Below, piece after piece: positions 1 through 9,216 of a DNA stretch of 64,000 nt. Numbering within the stretch: position 1 is the stretch's first letter; every line of letters starts with the position of its first letter. A program made the translations under genes and the position numbers. The notes beneath the pieces were generated by a model, which was given only the letters and a program-made list of their open reading frames with translations, was not told the DNA's origin and did no database searches. The DNA is from Acidimicrobiales bacterium (lineage in GTDB: Bacteria > Actinomycetota > Acidimicrobiia > Acidimicrobiales > Aldehydirespiratoraceae): contig OZ220747.1 of NCBI GenBank assembly GCA_965117015.1, positions 649,812 through 713,811 of the forward strand. The letters run 5' to 3'.

Positions 1-573
1 GTGCTGGTGTCGTCGAGGCGACGGGTCGCCACCGCCCAGGGCGTGGCTCGATTCGCGAGCGTGCTGGCCAACCAGGCCGCGGTGGCGGTGACCGCCTCCG
101 ACGCGGTCGCCCGGGCCGCTCCGCTGGTGAGCGGACCCGTGGGCGAGGCCGCGGTGGCGATGGCCGCCGACTGCGAGAGCCTCGGGGTGGACATCGCGGC
201 CGAGCGGTTCGCGGCCCGGGTGCCTTCCGCGGTGGCCGCTTCCCTGGCCGACCTGATCGCCGTCTCAGCCGAGGGCGGCGGGCGCTGGGCGGAGACCGTG
301 GCGGTGCTCGAGGCGGAGGCCTCCCAGACCACGGCGACGGCCCGGCTGTTCCATGGCCGCGTTGCGGTGGCCATGCCGACGCTGGCCCTCGTGGTGCTTC
401 TCGGGGCCGGGCTCGTTGCCGGAGCCGGACAGGTCGCCACCGACGTCGGGGCGTGGCTGGCCGGCACCCAAGGAGCTTCCTTGCTGCTGGCCGGAGCGAT
501 CGTGATGGCGGCGTTGAGCGCCCGAGTCCTGCTGCCGGCCCGGTCGGCCGCGGGATCCGGGGGGCTGCAATGA
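1..573 (+). CDS. Type II secretion system F-family membrane protein (TadB-like), probably 5'-truncated by the window edge
   Basis: ORF is open to base 1. The Ala/Leu-rich product has C-terminal TM segments (LALVVLLGAGLVAGAG, LLLAGAIVMAALSA). It is followed by a second T2SS-F-like gene and pilin-like genes. Confidence 0.4.
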   Translation: MLVSSRRRVATAQGVARFASVLANQAAVAVTASDAVARAAPLVSGPVGEAAVAMAADCESLGVDIAAERFAARVPSAVAASLADLIAVSAEGGGRWAETVAVLEAEASQTTATARLFHGRVAVAMPTLALVVLLGAGLVAGAGQVATDVGAWLAGTQGASLLLAGAIVMAALSARVLLPARSAAGSGGLQ

Positions 574-653
574 CAGCGCCCCCCGTCACTGCGCAGTTCG
601 CTGAGAACGCCACCCGGGCGGCGGCGCGCGATGGCGGGCTGCAATGACAGCGC
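562..653. repeat. 18-bp perfect direct repeat (gggctgcaatgacagcgc) at 562-579 and 636-653
   Basis: Read directly. Copy 1 contains the TGA stop (571-573) of the TadB-like ORF. Copy 2 lies 74 bp downstream in the spacer before the next gene. Confidence 0.9.
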
Positions 654-723
654 TACGGGCCCGCGGAGGCTCGCGGCCGGCTCCGCCCGCCGGAGCGTCC
701 AGCGCCAGGACAGGAGGCAGGCG

Positions 724-1446
724 ATGATCTGGCTCGCCGCACTGTCCGGCGCAGGGGCAGCAGTGCGGCTGGTGCTCTGCGATCCGCCCAAGCGGGCCAA
801 CACCGTCGAACTCGCGGCTGCCGGATGGCCGCCGCACCGGCTGCGGACCGCGTCGGTGGTGGCTACACCTGTGGTCGCGGCCGTGGTGTTGGCAGCCGGG
901 ACGCTGCTGGCGGACTACCGGGCCGGCGCCCTGGCCGCGGCGGCCCTGTCGGTGTGGGTGCCGGCGGCCGCGTCGCCGTTGCTGCGGCGGGTCGTGCTGT
1001 CGGGCTTCCGGGCCCGCCGTGACGCTGCGCTGCTCGAATGGCTGCGCCGCATCCGCCTGTTCGTGGCCGCGGGCCGCCCCATCAACGACGCCGCGGTCGA
1101 AGCGGCCGAGCGGGTGGAGACGCCCGCCTTCGCGCCCGTCGCCACCAGCATCAACCTGGCTCTCGCGTCGGGACGCGACCCTCTCGGCGCCGCGTCGGCG
1201 CACTTCGCCGGATCCGCGGCCGAGACGCTGGTCGGCACGCTGGCTGCGGCCGAGCGGGGCGGCGCCGCGGCCACTGGCCTGATCGACCGGCTTATCGCCC
1301 AGGCCGTGCAGGCCCTAGAGGATCAGCGCCGGGTCCGCATCGAGGCCCTGGGCCGGTCGGTGGTCGGTACCGGCACCCTCGTTGCGGTCACAGCCAGCGC
1401 GGTCGTGGTGATCGCGCTGCTGGCCAGCGTCAATATCGGCATGTGA
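724..1446 (+). CDS. Type II secretion system F-family membrane protein (TadC-like)
   Basis: ATG at 724 is preceded by AGGAGG with a 6-nt spacer; I prefer it to the 631 start in the track. N- and C-terminal TM helices flank a soluble helical core, as in TadB/TadC proteins. Confidence 0.45.
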   Translation: MIWLAALSGAGAAVRLVLCDPPKRANTVELAAAGWPPHRLRTASVVATPVVAAVVLAAGTLLADYRAGALAAAALSVWVPAAASPLLRRVVLSGFRARRDAALLEWLRRIRLFVAAGRPINDAAVEAAERVETPAFAPVATSINLALASGRDPLGAASAHFAGSAAETLVGTLAAAERGGAAATGLIDRLIAQAVQALEDQRRVRIEALGRSVVGTGTLVAVTASAVVVIALLASVNIGM

Positions 1447-1503
1447 GCCCTGCTCTTCGCCCCTTCCTGACAGTCACTCAACCCTCGCGAAGGAGACAAG
1501 CCC

Positions 1504-1722
1504 ATGGACTCCCCCGTTGCCAAGATCATCATGCTCGCCGCCACCATCGCCATCACCGTCGCAGTGGTGGCGTTCACCTGGCAGGTCGTGGGCACCAACA
1601 CCCCTGACCCCACGGCCGATCCCGCCACCGACAAGGCCCAGATCAAGCACGAGAACCTGTGCAAGGCCGTCGGCGGCAAGTGGACTGCCGGCACTGGCGG
1701 CACTCCCGGCACGTGCGCCTAG
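1504..1722 (+). CDS. Small membrane-anchored secreted protein, putative atypical pilin (no Flp G/xxxxEY motif)
   Basis: AAGGAG sits 8 nt upstream of the ATG. It has one N-terminal TM helix (IIMLAATIAITVAVVAFTW) and a short C-terminal domain with 2 Cys, ending ...GTCA. It lies in a Tad-like gene context. Confidence 0.4.
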   Translation: MDSPVAKIIMLAATIAITVAVVAFTWQVVGTNTPDPTADPATDKAQIKHENLCKAVGGKWTAGTGGTPGTCA

Positions 1723-1767
1723 ACGCATCGACTCCAGACGAGTGGAGCGTGCGAGCAGGCATCGCCG

Positions 1768-2184
1768 ATGGACACCGCCTTCGCGGCACTGCGCACCACC
1801 GCGACGATCTTCGTGGTGGTGGCAATCAGCTTCGGCGTCTACCTCCACCAGGTGGCCAGGATCACCGCCTCCACCGCAGCAGTGGCCGCGGCCACCGCGG
1901 CTGCTCAGTCACTCGAGGGCACCGGCTGGGACTGCACCGACACCCACACCGGTTGGGCCGAAGCCGAGAAGGCCGCGGCCCGGGCCGCAGCGGCCCGCAC
2001 GGGGGCTCGCTCGGCCGCCACGGCTACCGGCTACACCCTCACCGCCGAGCCGTCGTGCACGGTGGTGGCCACGGTGACCGTGGGCGCGGCCGGTGTCCGC
2101 AGTTGGCTGGAAGCCACCGCGGTCGCCTGCCGGCCGTCCCGTGCCGCCTACGCCACCGGCTGGGCGCTCACACCACCGTGCTAG
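1768..2184 (+). CDS. TadE-like / pseudopilin-like membrane-anchored protein
   Basis: N-terminal hydrophobic helix (TATIFVVVAISFGVYL), 4 Cys, terminal residue Cys (..TPPC). It follows the small pilin-like gene. Confidence 0.4.
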   Translation: MDTAFAALRTTATIFVVVAISFGVYLHQVARITASTAAVAAATAAAQSLEGTGWDCTDTHTGWAEAEKAAARAAAARTGARSAATATGYTLTAEPSCTVVATVTVGAAGVRSWLEATAVACRPSRAAYATGWALTPPC

Positions 2185-2251
2185 CCGACCCCGCTGCCGC
2201 GCAGGAAACGACCGCGGCCAGTCGCGCCACCGTGCTAGCCGACCCCGCTGC
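2173..2251. repeat. 25-bp perfect direct repeat (ccaccgtgctagccgaccccgctgc) at 2173-2197 and 2227-2251
   Basis: Read directly. Copy 1 contains the TAG stop (2182-2184) of the TadE-like ORF. Copy 2 lies 54 bp downstream and abuts the GGAGGAGG RBS of the next gene. Confidence 0.9.
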
Positions 2252-2268
2252 GGAGGAGGCTACGACTG

Positions 2269-2646
2269 ATGGATGAGGCGGTGGCGCTGGTGGTGGCCGC
2301 TCCGGTCGTTGCGCTCGCACTGTGGGCGGTGGCGTTCGTGGGTGGCTTTTCCAACGGCCAGGCCCGCGCGGCCGTCGCCGCCGAGTTGGCGGCCCAGGCC
2401 GCCGTGGAGGCGGGCGGTCCCGAGGCAGCCGACTCCGCCGAGCGGATCGCGCTCGGGGCGACGCTCTCCGCGTGCGCCCGGACCAGTGCGACCATCGCCC
2501 ACACCGACGCCGGCCAATCAGCCGCGGTCACCGTCGTGTGCGAGGTGGCGGGCCCGCTGCCGGACAACCGGGCGTGCTTCACCGGCTACGCCCAGTCCCG
2601 GCCGGCCGCATCGGCGCACGTGCGGGTCGCCTGCCCGGCACCGTAG
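2269..2646 (+). CDS. TadE-like / pseudopilin-like membrane-anchored protein
   Basis: GGAGGAGG lies upstream of the ATG. N-terminal helix (ALVVAAPVVALALWAVAFVGG), 4 Cys, ends ..VACPAP. Confidence 0.4.
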   Translation: MDEAVALVVAAPVVALALWAVAFVGGFSNGQARAAVAAELAAQAAVEAGGPEAADSAERIALGATLSACARTSATIAHTDAGQSAAVTVVCEVAGPLPDNRACFTGYAQSRPAASAHVRVACPAP

Positions 2647-2656
2647 AGGGTCCCGG

Positions 2657-3016
2657 ATGACCGTCCCGGTGCTGGTGCTGATGCTGGCCGCGATGGTCAC
2701 CGCCATGACCGTCTCGCTGCGCGACCATGCAGCCCATGCCGCGGCCTCCGATTTGGCCGAGATCCGGGCCGAGCATGCCGCAGCCGCCTTCGTCGCCAGC
2801 TGCATCACCCACGAGGGATGCGCGCCCCCTGAGACCGAAGGCGTCGAGGCATGCGCCGCAGCCGACTCGGGCATCGTCGTGTCGACGCAGGTGGCGTGGT
2901 CCCCGGTCCTGTGGAAGAGCCTGACGCCGGTCACCGCAAACCGGGTGGTCGCCTACGACGACGGCCTGGGCACCGGGCTCAAGACCCGCGCCGCGGCAGC
3001 CCTCAACCCCTGCTGA
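2657..3016 (+). CDS. TadE-like / pseudopilin-like membrane-anchored protein
   Basis: Internal ATG at 2657 of track ORF 2273..3016, 11 nt after the previous stop. N-terminal helix (VPVLVLMLAAMVTAMTV), 4 Cys, terminal Cys (..LNPC). Confidence 0.35.
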   Translation: MTVPVLVLMLAAMVTAMTVSLRDHAAHAAASDLAEIRAEHAAAAFVASCITHEGCAPPETEGVEACAAADSGIVVSTQVAWSPVLWKSLTPVTANRVVAYDDGLGTGLKTRAAAALNPC

Positions 3017-3118
3017 CCCGAGCGCGTCGCTCCCAATCCTCCGCACCCGCCCGACGCCGCTATGCCATCACGACGCCGCGGTTCTGCCGTGCGGCCGTGA
3101 CGATGCGGGACAGGGGCG

Positions 3119-4159
3119 TCACGGCGACTCGACCGATTGCTCCTCGCCGCGGTCGGCTGCGATGGCCGCGTTGAGTCCGAAGATGACCACCATGCCGCCT
3201 GCGAACAGCACAGGCTGGTAGATGGGGTCGCCTGCGATCGCCAGCCATATGGCCGCCAGCGCCGGCGATGCGTAGAGCAGGCTGTTGACCCGGGTGTCGG
3301 CGGTGACGATGTTGCCGGCCCGGTGCAGCAGGCGGGCGCAACCCATGATCAGTCCGGACGCTGCCCCGAAGGCCGCCGAGCGGGTGGCGCCCAATCCGCC
3401 GAAGGCGAACGTCAGCCCAACCGCGGCCGCGATCGGAATGCTGACCGCCGAGGCGGCGAACGTCGACCACCACAGGTTGACGCCGTACTCCTTGGCGGAC
3501 ACAGCCGTTCGTCCAGCGCGCCGAGCCAGGGCGCAGCGGTCGCCGTAGATGATCCCTGCCGATGGCCGCACGGCGTATGTCGCCGTGGTCAGCACGCCCA
3601 GCGCCAACCCGACTGCCGTGTTCTGCCATGAACCTCCCTCGATTTGGCCGGGGGCCGTCTGACTCCAGATGACAGCGGCCACCGCGATCGGCAGTCCGCA
3701 CATCATGGTGGCACTGCGGGTCGAGATGCTCCTGCGGCTGCCGCTCCAGCGCGCTATCAGAAGGGACTGGGGCACCACATCGAGGCCGTCCGAGAAGCAG
3801 GACAGCACCACGAGCGGCAGCAGGGCCGCGGTGCCGGCATACAGCAGGACATTGGGTGCCGTGATCAGCAGCAGCGCCAACAGCACACCCGGACGCGGGC
3901 CTGCCATCGCGACGGGAGGCAATGCCACGAGTCGTGCCGGACGCATCGCCTGAAGCGGGCCCACTCCCAGCACGGGCCTGGCCGACACGGCCAGCGCACC
4001 CAGCAGCATCGTCGCGCAGGCGGACTCCATGAGCGTGCCCAGCACCAGCACGGAGAAACCCTCGCCCGCATACCGGATAGGCAGCGGGATCAGCGAGTAG
4101 GCGACGGCCGCCCCCGCGATGCACACCGCACCGAGGGCGTTCCGGCGACGCGGCTGCAT
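3119..4159 (-). CDS. Polytopic integral membrane protein, possibly a DMT/EamA-like transporter
   Basis: 346 aa with about 10 hydrophobic segments. No catalytic motif recognised. Confidence 0.4.
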   Translation of the reverse strand: MQPRRRNALGAVCIAGAAVAYSLIPLPIRYAGEGFSVLVLGTLMESACATMLLGALAVSARPVLGVGPLQAMRPARLVALPPVAMAGPRPGVLLALLLITAPNVLLYAGTAALLPLVVLSCFSDGLDVVPQSLLIARWSGSRRSISTRSATMMCGLPIAVAAVIWSQTAPGQIEGGSWQNTAVGLALGVLTTATYAVRPSAGIIYGDRCALARRAGRTAVSAKEYGVNLWWSTFAASAVSIPIAAAVGLTFAFGGLGATRSAAFGAASGLIMGCARLLHRAGNIVTADTRVNSLLYASPALAAIWLAIAGDPIYQPVLFAGGMVVIFGLNAAIAADRGEEQSVESP

Positions 4160-4346
4160 AGCGACGGGACCCTAGCCCACGAGGCGCTGCCACGACTCCA
4201 CCCACTGTCGGCCGCGCCTCGTGCGCTGCTGTGGACGCCACCGCGCCATATCAACGACCCACCCGCTGAGCGGCCTACCTCAGATAGCCTCATCGATGTC
4301 GAAGGCCAACCCGGCCCGAATTAGGCGCCAGGTTTCGTGCCGTCCC

Positions 4347-4420
<74 letters not shown>

Positions 4421-4449
4421 CTCAGTGACCGGCCACCTGGGCACGACCC

Positions 4450-5814
4450 CTACAGGGCGGGCGCCTGGGCGTGGTGGTCGGTCCTGTGCTGGAAGGCTTC
4501 GCCCACCGCAGCCAGGGTGCGGTCGGTGAAGGGCCGCCCGATGATCTGGAAGCCGATCGGCATCTTGTCGCCAGCGAATCCGCCGGGCAGGGCGATCGCC
4601 GGCAGTCCCGCCGCGTTGACCGGGAACGTGAACTGCGTCGTGGCGGGGATCAGCGGGACACCGCCGAGTTCGACCGCGCCGTGGTCGAGCACCTGGTTGG
4701 GATTGACGGGGGCGATGATCAAGTCCGCGCCCTGCTCGTCGAACACGTCGAGGTAGGCGCGCTCGAAGGACATCCGCTGGGCCTGGGCGGCGGCCAGCGC
4801 GGTGCCCGGGATCGCCGCCCCGGAATCCATGATCGCCCGGGGCTCCTCGCCGATCAGCTCGTTGCTGGTGGACCGCAGCTCCTCCAGCAGGGCGGCCGAC
4901 TCGGCGAACACGATGGCGGCGCCCGCGTCGAAGTGCGCCGAAGTGTGGGGCACCGGCACGGTGCGCACCTCGGCCACGACCGACCCGAGCACGTCGACGG
5001 CCTCCTCCATCACCGCCCGCACCTCGGGGTCGGTCTCGAACCCGTCGAAGAAGCCCTCGTCGGGCACGCCCAGCACCAGGGCACCGGGCGCTTCGGCGGG
5101 CGCGAGCGCGGTCTTGGCCGAGTACGGGTCCAGCCGGGAGAAGCCGGCCATGACGTCGAGCAGCACCCCGCAGTCGGCAGCCGTGCGGGCCATCGGGCCG
5201 ACGGTGTCGTAGGTCCAGGAGATGAGATGGACGCCGTCCCGGGGAACCGCGCCCCTGGTGGTCTTGATGCCGGTCGTGCCGCAGCAGTTCGACGGGATCC
5301 GCACCGACCCCCCGGTGTCGGTGCCCAGCGCGCCGAACACCTGACGGGCGGCTAGGCCGGCCGCGCTTCCCCCCGACGATCCGCCCGTCATCCTCTGGGG
5401 GTTCCATGGATTGCGTGACGCCGGGCAGGACACGCCGTAGGCCAGTTCATGGGTGTTGGTCTTCCCGACGATGACTGCTCCGGCGCTGCGCAGGCGGCTG
5501 ACCACCGTCGCGTCGGCGTCGGGCGTGAACCCTCTGAGCGCTTCGCAGTTGGCCTCCGTGGCAACGCCCTGGGTGAAGAAGAGGTCCTTGAGCGCGACCG
5601 GGACTCCGTGCAGGGGGCCACCAGCCTCGCCCCGGTCGAGACGGGCCGCATCCGCTCGGGCCGCGTCGGCCTGGACCGAAGCGAACGCCCCGACCGTGGC
5701 GTCGGTCTGCTCGATCCGGACCAGGGACGCCTCCAGCAGTTCGGAGGCGGTGACTGCTTTGGACCTCACCGCTTCGGCCGCCTCGATGAGGCTCATCTGT
5801 GTCAGGTCGGTCAT
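4450..5814 (-). CDS. Amidase-signature family amidase (GatA-like)
   Basis: Gly/Ser-rich amidase signature GGSSGGSAAGLAAR...GTDTGGSVRIPS. 454 aa. Last gene of the Liv-type ABC operon. Confidence 0.85.
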   Translation of the reverse strand: MTDLTQMSLIEAAEAVRSKAVTASELLEASLVRIEQTDATVGAFASVQADAARADAARLDRGEAGGPLHGVPVALKDLFFTQGVATEANCEALRGFTPDADATVVSRLRSAGAVIVGKTNTHELAYGVSCPASRNPWNPQRMTGGSSGGSAAGLAARQVFGALGTDTGGSVRIPSNCCGTTGIKTTRGAVPRDGVHLISWTYDTVGPMARTAADCGVLLDVMAGFSRLDPYSAKTALAPAEAPGALVLGVPDEGFFDGFETDPEVRAVMEEAVDVLGSVVAEVRTVPVPHTSAHFDAGAAIVFAESAALLEELRSTSNELIGEEPRAIMDSGAAIPGTALAAAQAQRMSFERAYLDVFDEQGADLIIAPVNPNQVLDHGAVELGGVPLIPATTQFTFPVNAAGLPAIALPGGFAGDKMPIGFQIIGRPFTDRTLAAVGEAFQHRTDHHAQAPAL

Positions 5815-5833
5815 GGGATTCCTGCCTTTCTTC

Positions 5834-6520
5834 TCAGATCAACAACCGCCGGGCGACTCGGCCCGCCAGATCGGGGTCGGTGGCCGGTCCGCTGTCGACG
5901 ACCTCGCCCTTCTCGAGGACGATGAAGCGGTCGGCGAGCCGCTTGGCCAGCTCGAGGTGCTGCTCGATGAGGAGCACCCCCCGCCCCGCGTCTCTGGCCG
6001 ATTCGATGTGGTCGCCCAGCAGGGCGACGTTGGAGGGCTGCAACCCCTCGGTGGGCTCGTCCATCACCAGCAGCGACGCGTCCGTGGCCAGCGCGATGGC
6101 GGCGGCGAGCATCTTCTGCTCGCCGCCGGACAGTGTTCCAGTCCTCTGGGAGCCGCGTCCCGACAGTGCGGGACCGAAGGCGTCCAGCACCCGATCATGG
6201 CTCTCGGATCCGAAGCCGCTGAGGCGGAGGTTGTCGCCGACCGTGAGCGCGCCGAACAGGGCCCGCTCCTGGAAGGTGGCGCGCAGCCCGGCCCGCACCC
6301 GCCGCGAGGGCGGCATCCGGGTGATGTCGACACCATCGAGACGCAGAACGCCTCCAGTGGAGCGCAGCACACCGAGGACGGTCTTCACCAGCGTGGTCTT
6401 GCCCGCGCCGTTGCGGCCCACCAGCGCCACGATCTCGCCGCTCGACACGGTGAGGCTCACGCCGTGAAGCACCGGCACCGTGCCGTAGCCGGAGCGCAGA
6501 TCGGTGGCTTCGAGGCGCAT
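5834..6520 (-). CDS. Branched-chain amino acid/amide-type ABC transporter ATP-binding protein (LivF-like)
   Basis: Walker A GRNGAGKTT, signature LSGGEQKML, Walker B LLVMDEP. Its start overlaps the upstream stop. Confidence 0.85.
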   Translation of the reverse strand: MRLEATDLRSGYGTVPVLHGVSLTVSSGEIVALVGRNGAGKTTLVKTVLGVLRSTGGVLRLDGVDITRMPPSRRVRAGLRATFQERALFGALTVGDNLRLSGFGSESHDRVLDAFGPALSGRGSQRTGTLSGGEQKMLAAAIALATDASLLVMDEPTEGLQPSNVALLGDHIESARDAGRGVLLIEQHLELAKRLADRFIVLEKGEVVDSGPATDPDLAGRVARRLLI

Positions 6521-8259
6521 CAGCGGTCGACTCCCCCGTAGACGGCCATCACCTCGGGGTCGTTCTCGACCTCGGCCACGGTTCCGTCGGCCAGCAGCGA
6601 GCCCCTGGCCAGCACGGTCACCCGGTCCGCCACGGCCCGGATGAAGGCCATGTCGTGCTCGACGATCAGCACCGGCAGCCGGTAGTCGGTGTGCACCTCC
6701 CGCAGGAGCTCGGCGGCCGCCAGGCTCTCGGCCGCCGTCATGCCGGCGGTCGGCTCATCGAGCAGCAGGACCCGGCAACGCCCCGCCATGGCCATGGCGA
6801 TCTCCAGCCACTGCTTGTCGCCGTGTGAGAGCCCCCCGGCACCGGAGCCGGCCCGTGCGTCGAGTCCGGTGCGCTCCAGTATCCGCAGCGATGCCTGCGG
6901 CACCCGGGCCTGGAAGGCGGCAAAGGTCAGTCGCCAGGGCGAAGGGTCGGCCCCCCAGGCCGCCACCGCGATGTTCTCGGCCACCGACAGCGAACCGATG
7001 ACCTGGGGCGACTGGAACTTGCGGCTCACACCGTGGCGGGCGAACTCCCAGGCCTTCAGCCCCGTGCAGTCCCGTCTGAGCATGGTGATCGAGCCGTTCT
7101 GGCAGTCCTGCTGGCCGCAGAGGATGTCCAGGAGGGTGGACTTACCTGCGCCGTTGGGGCCGATGAGGCAGCGCAGCTCCGGTTCGTCCATGGTGAGGGT
7201 GACGCCGTCGAGGACTTTGAAGAACCCGAACGTCTTGTCCACACCGGTGGCTTCGAACACCGCTGAACCGTTGCCGTCGGCGGAGGCGGGGGCGGCCGCC
7301 GACAGCGGAACGTCGCGGCTGCGCCTCGCCGGGCGTCCCGCCGCTCGCAGCAGGCTCGGGACCAGCCCCTCGGGGACGAGGGCCACCGCCGCCACGAAGA
7401 TCACGCCGGTGGCAAGGGTCCAGTACTGCAGCCACACGTCGGCGAGGGTCGCCGAGGCGAAGTTGATGGCCAGGGTGCCGATGACGGGTCCGATGATCGT
7501 GCCCCGCCCGCCGACGAGCGTCCACAGCACGACGTTGGTGGCGAGGGCGAAGCCGAAGATCTGGGGCGACACGAAGCCGGTCCGGTGCACGTAGAGGGCG
7601 CCGGCCAGGCCGGCGACGGCCCCTCCGACGGTGAAGACCCAGACCTTGAGGGTCACCGTGTCGTAGCCGAGCGCTTCCATGCGCCGCTCGTTGTCGCGGA
7701 TGCCGATGAGCACCGCTCCGATGGGCCTGGTCGCCAACAGGCCGACAAGGGTGATGACGGCGACGGCCACCACCGAGATGAACAGGTCCTGGGTGCTGTC
7801 GGACCACTCCGATCCGAACGCGGTGATGCGTGGGATGTCGGTCAGGCCGTTGAAGCCGCCGGTCACATCGCGCCATTGCTCCGCGACCTGCTCGAGGGTG
7901 AGCGACAGCACCAGGGTCAGCAGCCCGATGACGACCGGTGTGGGCCGGCGCCGGAACGCGGCGATGCCCACGCCGGCCGCGACGGTCGCGCCGACCAGCG
8001 TCGCCACCAGCAACCCGGGCAGGGTCAGGCCCGGTGCGGCCGCGGCAAGACGGGCGGTGGTGTAGGCCGCGATCCCGAAGGGAAGCAGCTGGCCCAGCGA
8101 GAGGATCCCCGCGTAGCCCCAGACCAGGTCGAGGCTCACCGCCAGTACGGCGAGGCTCAGGAACAGCGACAGCTGCCCGGCCCGGAAGTCCCCCAGGGTG
8201 ACGCTGGCCACTGCGGCGGCCGCCGCCGCAGTCGCGCCGTAGCCGAGCGGCCGCTTCAC
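6520..8259 (-). CDS. Fused LivM-like permease / LivG-like ATPase
   Basis: The N-terminal half is polytopic. The C-terminal half carries GPNGAGKST, LSHGDKQWLE and LLLDEP. I prefer the GTG at 8259 (GTGA overlap with the LivH-like stop) over the 8550 start in the track. Confidence 0.8.
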   Translation of the reverse strand: MKRPLGYGATAAAAAAVASVTLGDFRAGQLSLFLSLAVLAVSLDLVWGYAGILSLGQLLPFGIAAYTTARLAAAAPGLTLPGLLVATLVGATVAAGVGIAAFRRRPTPVVIGLLTLVLSLTLEQVAEQWRDVTGGFNGLTDIPRITAFGSEWSDSTQDLFISVVAVAVITLVGLLATRPIGAVLIGIRDNERRMEALGYDTVTLKVWVFTVGGAVAGLAGALYVHRTGFVSPQIFGFALATNVVLWTLVGGRGTIIGPVIGTLAINFASATLADVWLQYWTLATGVIFVAAVALVPEGLVPSLLRAAGRPARRSRDVPLSAAAPASADGNGSAVFEATGVDKTFGFFKVLDGVTLTMDEPELRCLIGPNGAGKSTLLDILCGQQDCQNGSITMLRRDCTGLKAWEFARHGVSRKFQSPQVIGSLSVAENIAVAAWGADPSPWRLTFAAFQARVPQASLRILERTGLDARAGSGAGGLSHGDKQWLEIAMAMAGRCRVLLLDEPTAGMTAAESLAAAELLREVHTDYRLPVLIVEHDMAFIRAVADRVTVLARGSLLADGTVAEVENDPEVMAVYGGVDR

Positions 8260-9110
8260 GCCGCCGCCCCCGCCGGCGTGGGCCGCCGGAACTGAAGGAC
8301 CAGCACCGCCAGCGCCAGCGACGCGATCTGGGCCCACACCGCGTCGTAGAAGTGGATGACCCCCGTCTGGACCGCAGCTACGACCAGCGCCCCCGCCGCC
8401 ACGCCCCAGAGCCGGTTGTAGCCCCCGACGATCACCACCAGGAAGGCACCCGGGAGATAGGCAAGACCGGTCTGCGGCTCGACGGCACCGAGTGGTGCCA
8501 CCAGCGCTCCCGCTATCCCCGCGGTGGCGGCACCGACGCCGAACGCGCACAGATTGGTCACTCCCGTGCGGATGCCCGCCGATTCGGCCAGGTCGCGATC
8601 AGCGACGATGGCCCGCACCACCAGACCGAAACGGGACCGGGTGAAAGCCAGCAGGGTGGCCGCCACGACCACGGCTGCGATGGCAATCAGCAGGTAGCGG
8701 TAGGTGGGGAACAGGACGCCGAAGGCCTCAGTCGCGCCCGGGACCGGGTTGGGGACGCTCTGGAAGTCCTTGCTGAACACCAGCTCCGCGATCTGTCGCA
8801 GGCACACCGACAGCCCGAACGTGGCCAGGATCGTCAACTCGGGTTGGCGGTGGATGCGCCGGATCAGGCCCACCTCGATCACCACACCGAGAACGAACAG
8901 CACGACCGCGGCCAGCGGCACGCTCAGCCAGTGGTTGAGGCCGACGGTGTGCACGACGTAGGCCACGTAGGCGCCGAGCATGACGAACTCGCCGTGGGCG
9001 AGGTTGATCACCCCCATTAGCCCGAAGACGATTCCGAGACCCAGCGCGACGATGGCGAGGATCGCGAAGAGGCTGACGCCGTTGAGCAGTTCGAGTGTCA
9101 GCGCGTCCAA
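8256..9110 (-). CDS. Branched-chain amino acid-type ABC transporter permease (LivH-like)
   Basis: 284-aa polytopic protein with LivH-like N-terminus MDALTLELLNGVSLFAILAIVALGLGIVFG. Confidence 0.8.
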   Translation of the reverse strand: MDALTLELLNGVSLFAILAIVALGLGIVFGLMGVINLAHGEFVMLGAYVAYVVHTVGLNHWLSVPLAAVVLFVLGVVIEVGLIRRIHRQPELTILATFGLSVCLRQIAELVFSKDFQSVPNPVPGATEAFGVLFPTYRYLLIAIAAVVVAATLLAFTRSRFGLVVRAIVADRDLAESAGIRTGVTNLCAFGVGAATAGIAGALVAPLGAVEPQTGLAYLPGAFLVVIVGGYNRLWGVAAGALVVAAVQTGVIHFYDAVWAQIASLALAVLVLQFRRPTPAGAAA

Positions 9111-9216
9111 GGTCTCGGGCTCCGGTATCCGGAACGCTCAGGGCTCGAGCCGGAGCGGGCGCCTTGGGGGAAGCGGCGCCCGCACCGGCTCTCGTACGGT
9201 GGGGATCGATACAGGC

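Noticed and set aside
6520-8550. The 97-aa N-terminal extension of the LivM-LivG fusion in the track.
   Set aside because: The extension is Gly/Arg-rich and overlaps the LivH-like gene. The GTG at 8259 gives a canonical GTGA coupling and starts just before the first TM helix.
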